Shown piece by piece: positions 12,206-24,929 of a stretch of 64,000 nucleotides of DNA. A program made the translations under genes and the position numbers. The notes below the pieces were generated by a model. That model ran no database searches and was not told where the DNA came from. It saw only the letters and a list, made by a program, of their open reading frames with translations. This stretch comes from Camelus ferus (Eukaryota), in assembly GCF_009834535.1 (NCBI RefSeq), contig NC_045696.1:82152001-82216000 (forward strand), written 5' to 3'. The stretch's first letter is position 1; the number at the start of each line of letters is the position of its first letter.

Positions 12206-15200
12206 AGCTGTACATTTATGATTGTGTGTAGATTATACTTCAATAAAAAGTAAAGCAAAAACAAAAGCTGTGCAGACTTAGAGAATATGAGAAAAGAAGT
12301 CTTTAGTCAAACTCGCTGTGGGATATTTACTTTGGTATCTTTTATGTACTTTGAGATAATTGAGAGAAGACTGGACTGCTCTTTCCTGGGAGGGGCGAGG
12401 CTCTAGACCACGCACCAGGTCCTGGCAGAAGAAGATACAACCTTCCTTCTCCTTAAAGATACTCTTGCCTGTGGTTTAGACCAGTGTGCTACCCAAAGTG
12501 TGGTCTGAGGAGTGGTGCTGCTCTGTGACTGTTTTATTACTAGATGACAATAACAAAGAGAACTTGCACAAGAATGTAATCAACATTATGCTTACTTCAT
12601 CAAGAAAGGCTTTGAGATGGTGTTTGAGCCTTGGTGACCCACTGGGATCAACAGGATGGATCTGTGGAAATATTTCGGGGAAATGCTATATGCTGAGTTA
12701 AAAACAAACAAAAAACAAAGATGGACAATGGGCATGCTGTGGAGACCAGTAAGGGTCCCAGTTGTCTTACTCAGAGAGAGTACTGGGAATTGAGTCTAGA
12801 GAGCCAGGTGGGAATCATACTACGGAGACCTTAAACGTCCAGATAAGGAAGGAATTTATTCCAATGGCTTCTTCTACTGGCTTCTGTCCTTCAGCCTACA
12901 AACGTACTCGACCTTCCTTTTCCAACAACTAACCTGTTCACTTTGCTTCTCTCTCAAGTGTCTTCATCCCTCCCTTAATTCCTCATCCTTTTTAAGAATT
13001 CTTATTCTCCACTCCAGTTTAATCCACGGCAAGCTGGTTTCTGTTCCCAATATTCTTCCAAAATTGCCTCTTCTGAGATCTCAGTATATCTCAGAGTTCT
13101 TGGTTATAAAGAACTGAACCAACTCTTGTTAGAGGAAGAAGAAATGGGATTGATGAGGAAGGATGTTGAATAGCTCCCAAGACTGAAGAGAAAACGGGAC
13201 AAGTGTGCTTAGAAAACAGGTAGGAACCAAGAAATCGGGCAGCCTAGAACCCAGCCACCAGAACAGGCTACCCAGGGCTTCACTGCCACTCAGTCCTCCT
13301 GTCACACCTCTGCTTGATTGATCTGACTGTCCCAACTCCTTGCATCACTCTTCCAAAGGTCAAGGTCCTGGGTGGGAGCATCTTTCTAGCTGAGCTTGGG
13401 TCAGGGTTCTGACCTCTCACCCAGAGGTCAGGGAGGAGAGCTATTTAACCTTATCTCTCAACTTTTTAGTGAGAGGCAGAGTCCTCAGAATAGTAAGGTA
13501 TTTGAGTAAGTACAGCCTCTCCCAACTGCTAAGCCAAACAGCCTCTTTGGAGCCTTCATTCTACTTTATCTCAGCATCATTCATCACCATCAGCCACCAA
13601 TCCCCCACCTCCCGCCTTCTTGAACTTCTCTCTTCCCTCAGCATCCAGGATGGGACTTTTTCTAGTTCTTCTCTGCTTCTGGCCACTCCTCCTCTACCTA
13701 CCTCTTCAATATTGGGGATCCCTAAATTCCTTCCCTGGTATATATATTAATAAGCCCACTCCCTCAAGAGAGTACATGTATTTCCTTAGCTCCAAATGTG
13801 ACCCTAATTTCTGGCTCCAGCCTTGATTCTGGGCCTAAGTCCCATGAACACCTCAACACCAGCATGACCCAAGTGGAACGTTACTGTCCATCCCTGCAGG
13901 GCTGCACCCCTTACTGACCTCAAGTCACAACTAGCCAACTGGGAATTCTGTCATTCTGTCTCCGTGTATAATTAGCCACCAGATTCTATTCATTCTGCTT
14001 CAAAAATGTCCCTTGACTTACTGAAGTATTTTTAAAAAGCCTCTTGACTCTGCCATTCTGCCTCCCAGTCAGAGTGGAGGAGATGGACTGTGTTTGACTA
14101 ACAGAGCTTTGGCCTAGAGAGACAGAAGGGAGGAAATCAAGAGTGCTGTGTGGAGCTTCTATACCTTAGGAGTCTTCAAGAGCATTTTCTTTCCCTTCAA
14201 GTTTAATGTTGTATTATATTCACATGTTCAAAAATTAGAAGTTATAAAAGGTTTACAAATCTCCCTCTTAATCTTGCATCGGCCCAGTCTCTCCTCTCCT
14301 CCCCACCCCTAAAGACACCCTTCCAGAGTTTCTTTATGCACAGAAAATAAAGTACCAATGTAGGTTGTTATATTCACTCCCTCCCCTCTTTGTTTTTACC
14401 CAAAAGGCACACGCTGTATCTTCTCTTCTGTGTGTTACTTTTTGCTACGAACAACATGTGCTGGTGTCATAAATGCCTGAAAAGTTTATTATACGTCTTT
14501 TGATTCCATCTGGTTGAACTGCCCATCAAACATAACATTAAGGCACTTCATTTTTTTTTTTAGTACAGCAGTTTTGACAACAGCTGGTCTTTTTCTGACT
14601 CCTGAATGTGATTTCCTCTGACTAAAATTCCCAAAGCACATTGTATCTCTCTTCTCCCCTCTAATCAGACTGTGCCCTTGAATGACAGTTATCTGTGTCC
14701 TGTCTCATCGCTCCTTCTTGGGGTTGTTACCCCTGCAGCACTCACACAGCACAGGGGTTTACACACGGGGGTGCTCAGCAAGTATTCACTGAATTGACAG
14801 GAAGGGAACAGAAAAATTCTTAACAGGGATTGAGGTTTAATTGTCAGAGTTCTCAGGAAATGATTCTTCCAGCCAGGAATCCACCCTCAGTGGATGACGG
14901 TGGCTCTGTTCATCCAATGTTAGATGGGGCAGATGAGGAAATGGAGTTGCACTTGGGAGTCCCGGTCAGAGGGAAACATCCCCATTCATCTGTGTGGTCC
15001 TCTCTCCCATCCAGGATGCGACTGATCATCTGTGCAAAGACAGTGAAGGAGCTTCTGCTCTACACAATATGGATCCCTCAATGTTGAAAAGTCCAGCATA
15101 GAAGAGTACAGATGATTCCATTTATAGGACATTTAAAGCAGGCAGACGTGAACACGGTGGGGAGGGGAAAAGGCAGGTGGCTGAGTGGGGGCACCGGGGG

Positions 15201-18200
15201 CTTCCGGGAGCTGGCATTTACTTCTTGGTCTAACTGGTGTCACACGGGTGTGTTCACTTTGTGGTAATTCATTTAGCCACACACTTAGGATTTGTACACT
15301 TTTCTTTAGGAATGCTACATTGTATTTTTAAAAAGTTTAGTTTAAAATGTTTGCTGTGAATGTGTGTTTCTTAATTATCCAATTAAGCTGTTCCAGCAAC
15401 AGAACATTAAGACACAACAGGAAGTTGGTCACATACAACATTAAAGCAAACCCCCTTCTTTAAATACACAGTTCTTTGCTGCCTTGACCTGCAGGGGATC
15501 TTATGTTTCTATAAGAGGGACTGAATTTTATAGTACAAGTGTGTTTGGAAAAAATTCCCATAATTACATGTTGTATCAAGAAAAAAAAATCAGTCACCAG
15601 CAAGGAAATGGAATCATTCTCAGCAGCACAACAGTGTCTTGGGTTGTCTCCTCTTTGTCATGTAGGATAGGGTAAACAAAATGAGGATCCTGATGGATTT
15701 TACTTTAAGCAGGTTTAACTTTAGCTATGATCAGCACGAGATACTTAAGAAATAAATGCTTCTTTGATGTTGTCCCAGATATGAAGGCTCTGTGCTGGAA
15801 GCCTCTATCATCACAAAGAGGCCCAAGGAGTTACTCTTTTGTTCCTTTCCTGTCCACTCCAACAGTGAGTGGTTATTTTTCACTTGGATTTGTAAGCTCC
15901 TGGAGGGCAATATTCCCAATTTTGGAGAGCCTCTGTCAATGGTGAAAAGGAAGCACAGGGTATGAGTGATTGCAGCACTAAAACCTTGCTTGTTGGATAA
16001 GGGCTATCCCATCCGTCTTCCCTTTTTGCCTCCCCAGTCTCTCCGTCCTGATTTCTGAGCCCCACAGCACCATGTTTTGTCTCCATGGCACATAGGGTTC
16101 GGCTCTGTCTTTGCCTTATCTCCCCCGACAAGACTGAAAATGTTCATATGGCAGAGAATGTGTTCTTAGGGTAGAAGACGGATCTTCTGCTGCACCGTGC
16201 GTTTTTGTATGGGCAGAGGCTGGTTGCCTGCGCCTTCCCTGGACTGTGAGCTGCTTGGGGGTAGGAACTACAGGTCCCCAGGTTGTATTTTCATTGTTTA
16301 GTACACGGTAGGGGCTCATTACATGTTGGTGAATGAAGAAAAGAAGGGACGATGAATCAGTTCTCCCAGTTTCATGATTCTCCAGATGACCTACCTCCTG
16401 GGTGCTGCAGAAAACTGCATCCTGAAAAAGGAGTGTATGGTCTACACTGGGAGTCTAAATGACATTCCTTCTGCCCGTACTGGTCACCACACTCCTCCCA
16501 CTCTGCATAGAGTGGAATAAAGGATGTGAGTTGGCTATGGGGCTGAAAATTTGAGCTTATGTCCCAGGACTTGGTCCCCCTGCTGTAGGGAAACTATCCA
16601 TTTATAATAGTGCCTTGCTGTTGATGGATTTTTAAAACAAACATTCCATGCTCCTCTCCAATACTGTTATTTAATAAGTCACTTTGGTTGGAGACTGAGG
16701 GAAGCACTCGACATCTTCAGAGTCCTTGCATATGCTGTTTTTAAGAAATAAAATTTGCAATCTGTCCTTTGGTAAGAGACTAAGTTGGGGGCAGGATGGA
16801 GGGTGAGGTAGAAGCAAATGTACAGAAGTTTGAAGAAGGGAGAACTCTGAGAGTTCTTTTATTTAACAGTGAGAAAAAAAGTCAATAAAGAGTTTCAATC
16901 TTGTAAATCTTGCAGAGTGTATGCAACTAGAGGGCCGGATCAAGATGCCATCTGTCTGACTTGCGGAGCCTCCAATAGCTCTTTCCAGTCGTGAGCTCTG
17001 ACAGACACTGTACAGACACTCTTTATAAATGCAGACCACTTCTATATAATCATGGCTCTTTTCCCCAGTTCCAGACTAATTATTAGTAATCTCTACTTTT
17101 TCTTTGCAAAGTACTATAATTGTAAGAGGTGATGATATGGGAGTGTTAATCATTACATCTTCTAATCCCTTCTTACGCTGATCATCAAACACATTGTAAT
17201 GTGAAATCTTTGTAACATGCATTGTGTGTATATTCAGTCTTAGGTTAACATTAAGTTCACATTTTGAAGCTTGAAACTGATGACCAGAAATACAATTTAA
17301 AACCATAAGCTGGTTGAAGATTTGTTCTTCTGGAAAAATATTCTCTGTGATTTCACATGAGATGTTCTTTTTCCAGAACAGTAATTTTTGCATATTCTAA
17401 GTGCAAGGTAAGTATGGTATGACCTCATTTAATACATTTTCCACCTCAGTGAACACATGGACAGTCACGCACGTAAGAGTTTAGAATTATAAACGTAAGT
17501 TTTAACAGTGGTTGTCCTTGGAGGGTACTTCCTTATTTTTACTTTTAAGTACTTTCTGAGTTTTATGTAATACAAAAATAATTTTTATTTTAAAAAAAGA
17601 GGGAAGCTGTGGTTAGAACATGTAAATTTAAGAACCATTAGAAATATTCAGAGAACTTGATGGTCGCTCCAAAAGCCACATCTTCTCCTTCCCTCTAGAC
17701 TTGCCCCATCAGCCCATTTCCATGTGGTTAGCATAGTCTAAGATGCAAATTTGACTGTGACACTTCCCCGCTTTGGTTAATTCCCTCCAAAGGTACTTCA
17801 TTGTCACTGTTCATACTTACTATCCTGTGTAAGTCAGTCATCTTTCAGTTTCCAGTGACAGGCCTCATAAAATAGCTTAAGCAAAAATGTGGAATTGTTC
17901 ACTCATGTAACTCAAAAGCCCAAGGTTAGCTTTAGGTAGGGCTAGATCCAGGAGTTCCAAGACAGTATCATGCCTTATCTTTCCTGGTTCTCCTTTTGTT
18001 GTGTTGGTTTTATTTCGAGGCAAACTTGGTCTACCTGGAGGAAACACAGCCATTACTGTCTCCATACCCACTTGGTCCTTCGAAGTCTAGATCCTGAAGA
18101 GAGGGCTTGGATTGCTCTGGGTTGGTTCATGTGCTCTTCTGTGGGACTAGTCACTCTAGAATGGAATGAGGAGCCTACAGAAGGGGAAGGAGTGTTCCCC

Positions 18201-18244
18201 AAAGGAAGGGATTCTACCCAAACCATGTCAGGGCTCCAGCACCA

Positions 18245-18432
18245 TCACTTCTCCAGGGGCGCATAACTGAGCAGCTTCTCGTCAGGTGCAGCATGCAGGC
18301 TGCAGCACGCTTCAGGCCCAGTGTGTCCAGGGCATCCTCCTGGGGGTGCCTGGCTTGCAGCAGCCCCAGGCAGGCCTCTCACTTGTTGCTGACGATCTTG
18401 CTACAGGTGATGCAGGACACAAGGATGATGAT
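18245..18432 (-). pseudogene. POLR2L: Processed pseudogene of POLR2L (RPB10, shared RNA polymerase subunit)
   Basis: Minus strand reads (I)[40 protein letters not shown]...EKLLSYAPLEK*, versus RPB10 [42 protein letters not shown]...EKLLNYAPLEK*. ATG>ATC after a GCCGCC Kozak, TGG>TGA at 18379-18381, small deletions, no intron. Confidence 0.93.
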
Positions 18433-18922
18433 GGCGGCAGCACGGCAGCTGGCTGGACCTGTGGGCTGTCCCACCTCTGGTCATGCTTCACAGCTCTCCA
18501 GATTTGTTTTCTAGCTCTATCTGAACTATTTTCAGTTCCAGGAACTTGCCAGACTCGCTCTGTTGTTCTTATTTTGCATACATTGCTGGAATGGCCCTAA
18601 ATAGCCTTCCTCTATTCCTTACTTGTGCCAACTCCTCCTTCAAGATCTAGTTCATGATACGTCTACGGGATGCCTTTCCTGACCCTCTCTGTCTGGGCTG
18701 GGTGTTGATTTATATGATCCCATAAGCATGTCACAGATACTCTTGACGTCACACTACATTGCTGCAACTATTTGCATAAGTACTTGTCTCTTCCTCACCT
18801 AAACTAGCTCCTTGAGTTCAGTGATTGCACAATGCGTGGCAAATAGTCATTACCCCACACATGCTTGTTGAATGACTGAAAGATAACTCAGTATGGAAAA
18901 GACCTTGCCAGGCTTCCTATGA

Positions 18923-19018
18923 GTATGACGGGGACATTATGTGGTACACCAGAGATGGACACACTAACTGACTACACTTCAGTAATAATAAAAATAAAAA
19001 ATAAAAATAAATGAAAAG
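18923..19018 (+). mobile_element. Short, older L1 3' end with decayed A-tail
   Basis: gtatgac.gggacattatg..gtacaccaga...actgactacacttca followed by an (AAAAAT)n tail; flanked by ttcctatga at 18914-18922 and 19019-19027. Confidence 0.65.
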
Positions 19019-19229
19019 TTCCTATGAAAAATCTGAAATTTTGGTTTAGGAATCAGATACAACCAATTTAAAATAAACATCACGCAACACATGGAACTTG
19101 CTAAATTTCTGTCAGTGAAGTAGACATGAGATGTAGGTAACATTAAATACTAAATTATGCTAAATTATCACTGGCCTTTGAATATATTATATTCCTGTTA
19201 GAAATATTGGTGTATCCGATTAGCTATGT

Positions 19230-19670
19230 CAGGGGTTCTTAACCTAGAGTCCACAGACGTCTAAGGGATCTGATAGAATTCAGAGGATATGTGAACTTGG
19301 ATGGGAAAAAAAGTTTTTTCACTAGACTGTTACTGAAATTTAGTATTTCCTTTGATTATAAATGCATACAACAAATCAGAGTTGTTTCAGGTATTAACAG
19401 TAAGTTTGTCAGTAATAGAAATGAAGTCTTTTCATATCTCATTACAGTTGTAGCAGATCTCAATATATTGTTCATGCTACTTCAATGCCATAGCAGTTAT
19501 TAACCTCTCTGCTAGACCTGGTTATTAAATGAACATATACATTACTGTAACACACTTTTGATAACTTACACTTCACCATAATTGGTTTTCTTTGTAATCC
19601 CATGCATGTTACTTTCTGCATTTAAAAACATTATTCTGAGAAAGGATCCATGACACAAAAAAGTTGAAGT
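19230..19670. mobile_element. hAT-Charlie-type non-autonomous DNA transposon
   Basis: Begins caggggttcttaacct and ends ccatgacacaaaaaagttgaa. Family not determined. Confidence 0.5.
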
Positions 19671-20882
19671 GATCTAGGCATTTGCTTAAAACAAGATGAG
19701 ACCAAAGTATGGTGATCTGACTCCAGAGAAACTCAGCCCATCCTGCTCTTTCTGTCATGCTGAGATAGAGATTATGAGCCATTTGGACAATCCTAAACCT
19801 ACAAACTTAAGATGCTCTCTCTGAAAACTTTATCTGAATGGAAAAGCTATGTGATTTTCTTTAGTTTCAAAGGGTCTCTGGGCTTGGTTGGAAAAGTGAA
19901 GTAAATGCATTTGGACCTACTCAAAAACTTAAAACTAAATGCTGCAGACAATGGCTTAAGAGATTGCTAAGGAAGAAAACTTCATTTCTTTGTGTGGTTG
20001 CCTGCAGACATATCCACTAGCATAGGATTTTGGTTATCATAACTCTTAGGATATGGTCTGTAACGCTGTGAGATCCTTTCTAATGTTTGGTGACAAGGAT
20101 CCATAAAAGAGGCAAACTCTTCATCAGAATTGTTCTCTAGGAATTTCTCTTTGGTTTACTGGTCTTGGTTCTAACTGGAAGCAGATGGTTCTTAAATTAA
20201 TAAATTTTGAGGAGATACTATACAAAGACGTGGGTGTAAGGGAGCCACGAGAGGAAACACAATAGCTTCAACAACTCCGGGCTAGAAGCAGCAGACCGAC
20301 ATCACCCCTTGGCCAGAAGGGGAGTGGCAAATCCAAGTAGTGAAGGCAAGTCTGGAGGATGTGGTGACCTCTGACTATTGAGGCAGCCCACTGCGGGAGA
20401 GCTGAGAGAAGAGGTACTCTGACCATCCTCACATCTCCGGCCAGGACACTCCCTAGGACACCCACTCAGAAGCTAAGGGGCGAAGGAGCCCATTGCTGTG
20501 GCCTATGCATCAGTCTTTTGGGGTTAGAGAGCAGAGCGGAACTGGAGAGGTAGACATTTGACAAATGCCTACCATAGCAATTTTCACAGTGTTTGGTGGT
20601 CTAAGAGGGCAAAATATATGTATTTTTTTTTTAATTCATGGCTATGCCTAAAATTCTGGCACATGGTAAGTGCCTGGTATTACTGAATGAATGGACAAAG
20701 AATTGAACTATTGCTGAAACAGAGTAAAAGGAAACTACCACATACAATCAGGAACTAAGTATTTACTTTCAGACAGAGTAGATATTCAAAACGTTATGGA
20801 AATACTAGAGCATGATTCAGCAATAAATTCTATTCTGTAGATCAGGCAGATAAATGTCACAACTTAATAACACAGTTAAGTA

Positions 20883-21146
20883 TGGTCAATCCTCCTTATT
20901 TGTGGATTCTGTGTTTGCAAATTTGTCTGTTCTTTAAAATTTTCATGGTGCTTTCATAGTCACACACACAGTGGCGAAAAATTTGACTTGCCCAAGGCGT
21001 ATGTTCAGTTGAGGTTGACAAGGTGACATGCTGTGTTCTTGGTTCTGCTCTCATATTGTAAACAAGTGTCCTTTGCTCTACTAAGTACTATGTTTTTTGC
21101 ATTTTTGTATTTTTATTGGTGATTTTGCTGTTTAAAATGGCCCCCA
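20883..21146 (+). mobile_element. Tigger4-like (TcMar-Tigger) DNA transposon, left part
   Basis: Preceded by TA. Starts gtcaatcctccttatttgtggattc and ends ttgctgtttaaaatggccccca, as in the recalled Tigger4/Zombi consensus. Confidence 0.75.
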
Positions 21147-21240
21147 GGAGGGTGGTTGTGGCTCAGTGGTAGAATGTGTGCTTAGCATGCACGAGGTCCT
21201 GGGTTCAATTCCCAGTACCTACTAAAAAATAATTATAATA
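21147..21240 (+). mobile_element. tRNA-derived SINE (Vic-1-like) at the head of a larger insertion
   Basis: A box tggctcagtgg and B box ggttcaattcc, then cagtacct and an A-rich tail. Confidence 0.9.
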
Positions 21241-22030
21241 ATTGTGAATATTCCTTGAGTTAGTGCACAGAAAGCACTTTACATAGTGCCTGCAACAAAG
21301 AGAGCCATAGCAGGTAAGTGAAAAGAAGTGGCTTTCCTTCCGTGTGTGTGGGAAGAAATAAAACACCAGCTAGTTACCTTTAAACGAGGTGGGTGGCTTC
21401 AGAGTTGGCATCTATCCCTCTGGCAGGAGGCCTCCGATAGGAAGCAGGCAGATCAAGGCTGCTGTCCACTAGCCTGTCAACATACCTTCAACATACCCAA
21501 AAAGCAATCTAGTTACAACTAGACTACCAGAGAGAAAGACTCACTTTTGTCCACCAATCACCTGCCAGCTTAGTACCCCCCAACCCGGGATTCCTGCAGC
21601 CAACAAACTGAGCAATCTAGACTCCTGTTGATAAAAATGAACACAAAACAAAAAGCTAACAGGCACAGTAGATGAGGAAAAGTTCTTTCAGAAGAATGCC
21701 AGCCAAACCTGAAGAAGAAATGAGAAAAACCACCATCTTCCTCACCATAATACTGAAATAACTGATTCAAGCCAAAATCATCAATGGATTTATAAATAAT
21801 TGGGTGAAGAGCTGACGGGAAACTGGATTTTCCCATGATGCCAAAGTATCACTTCACTGATTATGTGTTAATCACTAGGAAGAAAACATTACAATGGAGG
21901 AATTAGTCTGTCACCACTCAAACCTACTGTTTAATCTTGTCATGATCAATAGTGGGACATATGTAGGCCAGAAACTATGCGCCTTCTGCTGTGTACAGCA
22001 TCATTTCTGAATTATTCATGCACAACAAAT

Positions 22031-22353
22031 AAAGGCCCCCAAATGTACTGCCAAAATGCTGCCTAGTGTTCCTAAGTACTAGAAGGCTGGAATGGGCCTT
22101 ATGGAGAAAGCACGTGTTAGACAAGCTTGGGTCAGGCACAAAGTTATGGTGCTGTTGACCATATAGTAAATCAACAAAACAGAAGGACACCTAAAACAAG
22201 TTTATGTATTGATTAATTGATGAAAATGTGGCGAGAGGCTAACAGAACAATAGCCCCAGTATTTCCACTAGGAGCAATGGTTCAGTATTTGCTAATCCCG
22301 TGTTGGTGGTGACTTTATAGACTCTAACTACCACGAATAATGACAATCAACTG
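22031..22353 (+). mobile_element. Tigger4-like DNA transposon, right part
   Basis: Resumes at ggcccccaa...ctagtgttcctaag. Ends ccacgaataatgacaatcaactg+TA, an imperfect inverted repeat of the left end. Confidence 0.75.
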
Positions 22354-22528
22354 TACTTGCTGTTTTCCAGTTCCTAATAAAGATTCAAAAAAGAAAATTC
22401 AATTTGCAAAAGACACAAGATGATTTTTATACAGTTAGCAGCTAATTGGTACACATAATGTAAAACCAGAAGAGGGAAAAACATTAAAACCCATTACTAC
22501 TGCATAATTTCAATGTGATACATTAAAA

Positions 22529-22534
22529 TTTATT
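22529..22534 (-). terminator. Candidate distal poly(A) signal of SEC62
   Basis: AATAAA followed by GU/U-rich sequence (gggttttaatgtttttccc), just before repeat-rich DNA resumes. Confidence 0.5.
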
Positions 22535-24194
22535 ACTTTTTGATAATATTTGGCTAAATCCAAATTATTTCAATTAAAGTTGTCTAGAAGGCCATATAAT
22601 TTGAAAATTAAAAAAATCAGTAGGAGGGAAAAGGGAAAAACAGTATTTAATACATTGACTTCACAATCACAAATGCATTATTATTATCTGGACTCGGTTA
22701 ATTCAATCTTGCTTATTAGTTAGGCCTATTTATACCCACTCCACAATAAATCCTACATTACCCAAAAGCTTCATGCTTCTATTTACAGTAGCACAGCAAA
22801 CCTGAAGTTCTTTTTTAAAAAAAATCACCATTCCACTGACTAATGTAAACAATTTTCCATGCTCTGGCGTTAAGAATAATGTTAGTCAACAAAGACAGCC
22901 ATCTATTTACTCTGAGAAATGTAACAGTGGCAGCCTTTTAATTTTTTTGTTTAAAGTATACAATCTTGAATAGTAAAAGAGCTGAAATTTCTAACTTGCT
23001 TTCCAACCACAGTAAGCGTGACATTTCCCCTCCAGGGACCACCAAATATTTATAAAAGTTTGCACTGATGTCCTTTAAGAATCCACAAATATCAATAAGA
23101 AGCTGACTTTCCTGCCATGCTCCAAATGTCTTTAAGATCAGATATAGTGTATATATTATAAAGAGCTTAAGGATAAATATTGAGTGCCTGGGCATTATCA
23201 TAGCAGTAAAGGTTAAATCACTTTTATTTCTGAAAAATACTTTTGGTACCATTATCATATCCCAAAATAGGTATTAATGCTACTGGTAATTAAGAAGCTC
23301 AGAAGGTATAATTATGCATCCCTTACTGTGGAAATAAAGCAGCAGGCTCTGAAAATGTGAGGGGAAAACACCCAGGCACTTAAATCAATGAACATCTGCT
23401 AGGAGGAAACAAAGTGATTGACTGCAGCCTTGACAGAGTTGCATTAACATCAAAAAGCCACATTTCTGTCCACTTACAAGGAATACTATGAAGAAGCAAA
23501 CAAGCCATGTTTAACAAAATGTGTCAGTATACAGAAAGTGTGTTTCTTCACAATTAGAAAAATTTAATATCCTTAGTCTACACTCAGATGGGAAAAGCCT
23601 AAAGAAAGACTTATACATACCATCTATTTCAACTACAAAGCAAAATGCTCTCACTGTGACTGAAGGAAAATAATTTAATATTCATTATCATTTAAGGGTA
23701 TAACTCCAAGGAATGATTATGCTTATAAGTAAACACAAGATTTTCTGTAAAGATTTGAACTAAGGTTTGCAAGACATGAAATCAAACTGCAAAACTAGTT
23801 TAAAGCAATTAGAGTCCAATGGTTCTCTATGTTTTCTTTTATGTTCTTTATTTTAAATTGATATTTTAGAACAGTAAATTATCTTTCATAGCAGTCCTCT
23901 GGTCTGAAAATACAGTACCCCATTTCTGAATGTAGAGATTTAAGAAAAATCAAATGAACATTAAGGCATACAAACAGCTACTTTAAGTCTGCTCTTATTT
24001 AATAAGGATCGTTTTAACTCATATTCAAATACATGGAATGTTGGCACAAAACTGAAGCTGCTGTAGAAAGATCACAGGTGTTCTGTGGGTTATGAAACTT
24101 CCATTTCTCTAAAAACACCCTTAAATGGTCTTAATTTTACAAATTTAAGTGTTGAGAAAATGTCTAAATAATAAGTAACAATTAAAATAAAATG

Positions 24195-24200
24195 TTTATT
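24195..24200 (-). terminator. Candidate proximal poly(A) signal of SEC62
   Basis: AATAAA with an upstream UGUA (CFIm) element and U-rich sequence downstream. Confidence 0.65.
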
Positions 24201-24929
24201 TGTAAATTATGTACAGAATACATTTTTACGATAAGGAAATGGGAAGAAGAGCCATCACCTTCCAACCAATGCTGCTCGCTTCCACTGTTGGAAGTGACCA
24301 TCTATCTCACTCTGAATCAGAGGTACAAATCAGTTTGGATTTCCTAAGTTGGGAAAGGAGAATTTGTAGCTAAACTAAAAAGTGTTGCTGCATTATTACT
24401 AGTTGGCTTATTTCCACAAAATGCTTTTGAACCCTGCTAACTCAGAATCTTAGAAATTTCCTGGTAAAATGTTATAATTAACAAAAGCTTAAGTATCAAA
24501 AACAATGAGTTTAAGCATTTCATCTCAAAGGAATTGTGAAATGGCTACATAACTATGCATACTCTGAAATGTTGGTGTTTGTTTTTATCCCTTTTAGTTA
24601 TTTTGATTAGTCTAACAGTAAAAAGCCATACAACTATCAAAAATGCCATCAATCTAAATGTCATTGTGGAAAGTGCATCTTTGATAACTATCAAAATAAA
24701 TGAGACCTATTTACTGTAAAATTATCAAATAGATAAAACTTATAAATGGCTTTAGACTGTACCAATAATAGTATTATATGAAATGAAGGACTGAATATAA
24801 CTGCTTGGATGTCAAATCCACTGCAGTAGATGGATTTAAAGAATGCTACAAATCATGTGTACATTGTGATGATCAGCCAACATAGAAAATCCAACCTCTT
24901 GCACTCATTTAGTCCTCAAATTAGTCAGA

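Larger units (their letters stand above)
22510..24929 (-). other. SEC62: SEC62 3' UTR (long form; distal end approximate)
   Basis: AT-rich, repeat-poor stretch after the stop codon. Minus-strand AATAAA at 24195-24200, 23847-23852, 23223-23228 and 22529-22534. Confidence 0.6.

Noticed and set aside
17076..17393. 105-aa ATG-initiated ORF downstream of SEC62
   Set aside because: No recognisable homology, promoter or splice context; cannot be supported without conservation or expression data.
1..18000. GPR160 exons expected from human synteny
   Set aside because: No GPCR-like ORF or large CpG island found; the gene probably lies beyond the left edge.
21147..21225. tRNA gene (A and B boxes present)
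   Set aside because: No acceptor stem; it has an A-rich tail and matches the other SINE copies in the window.
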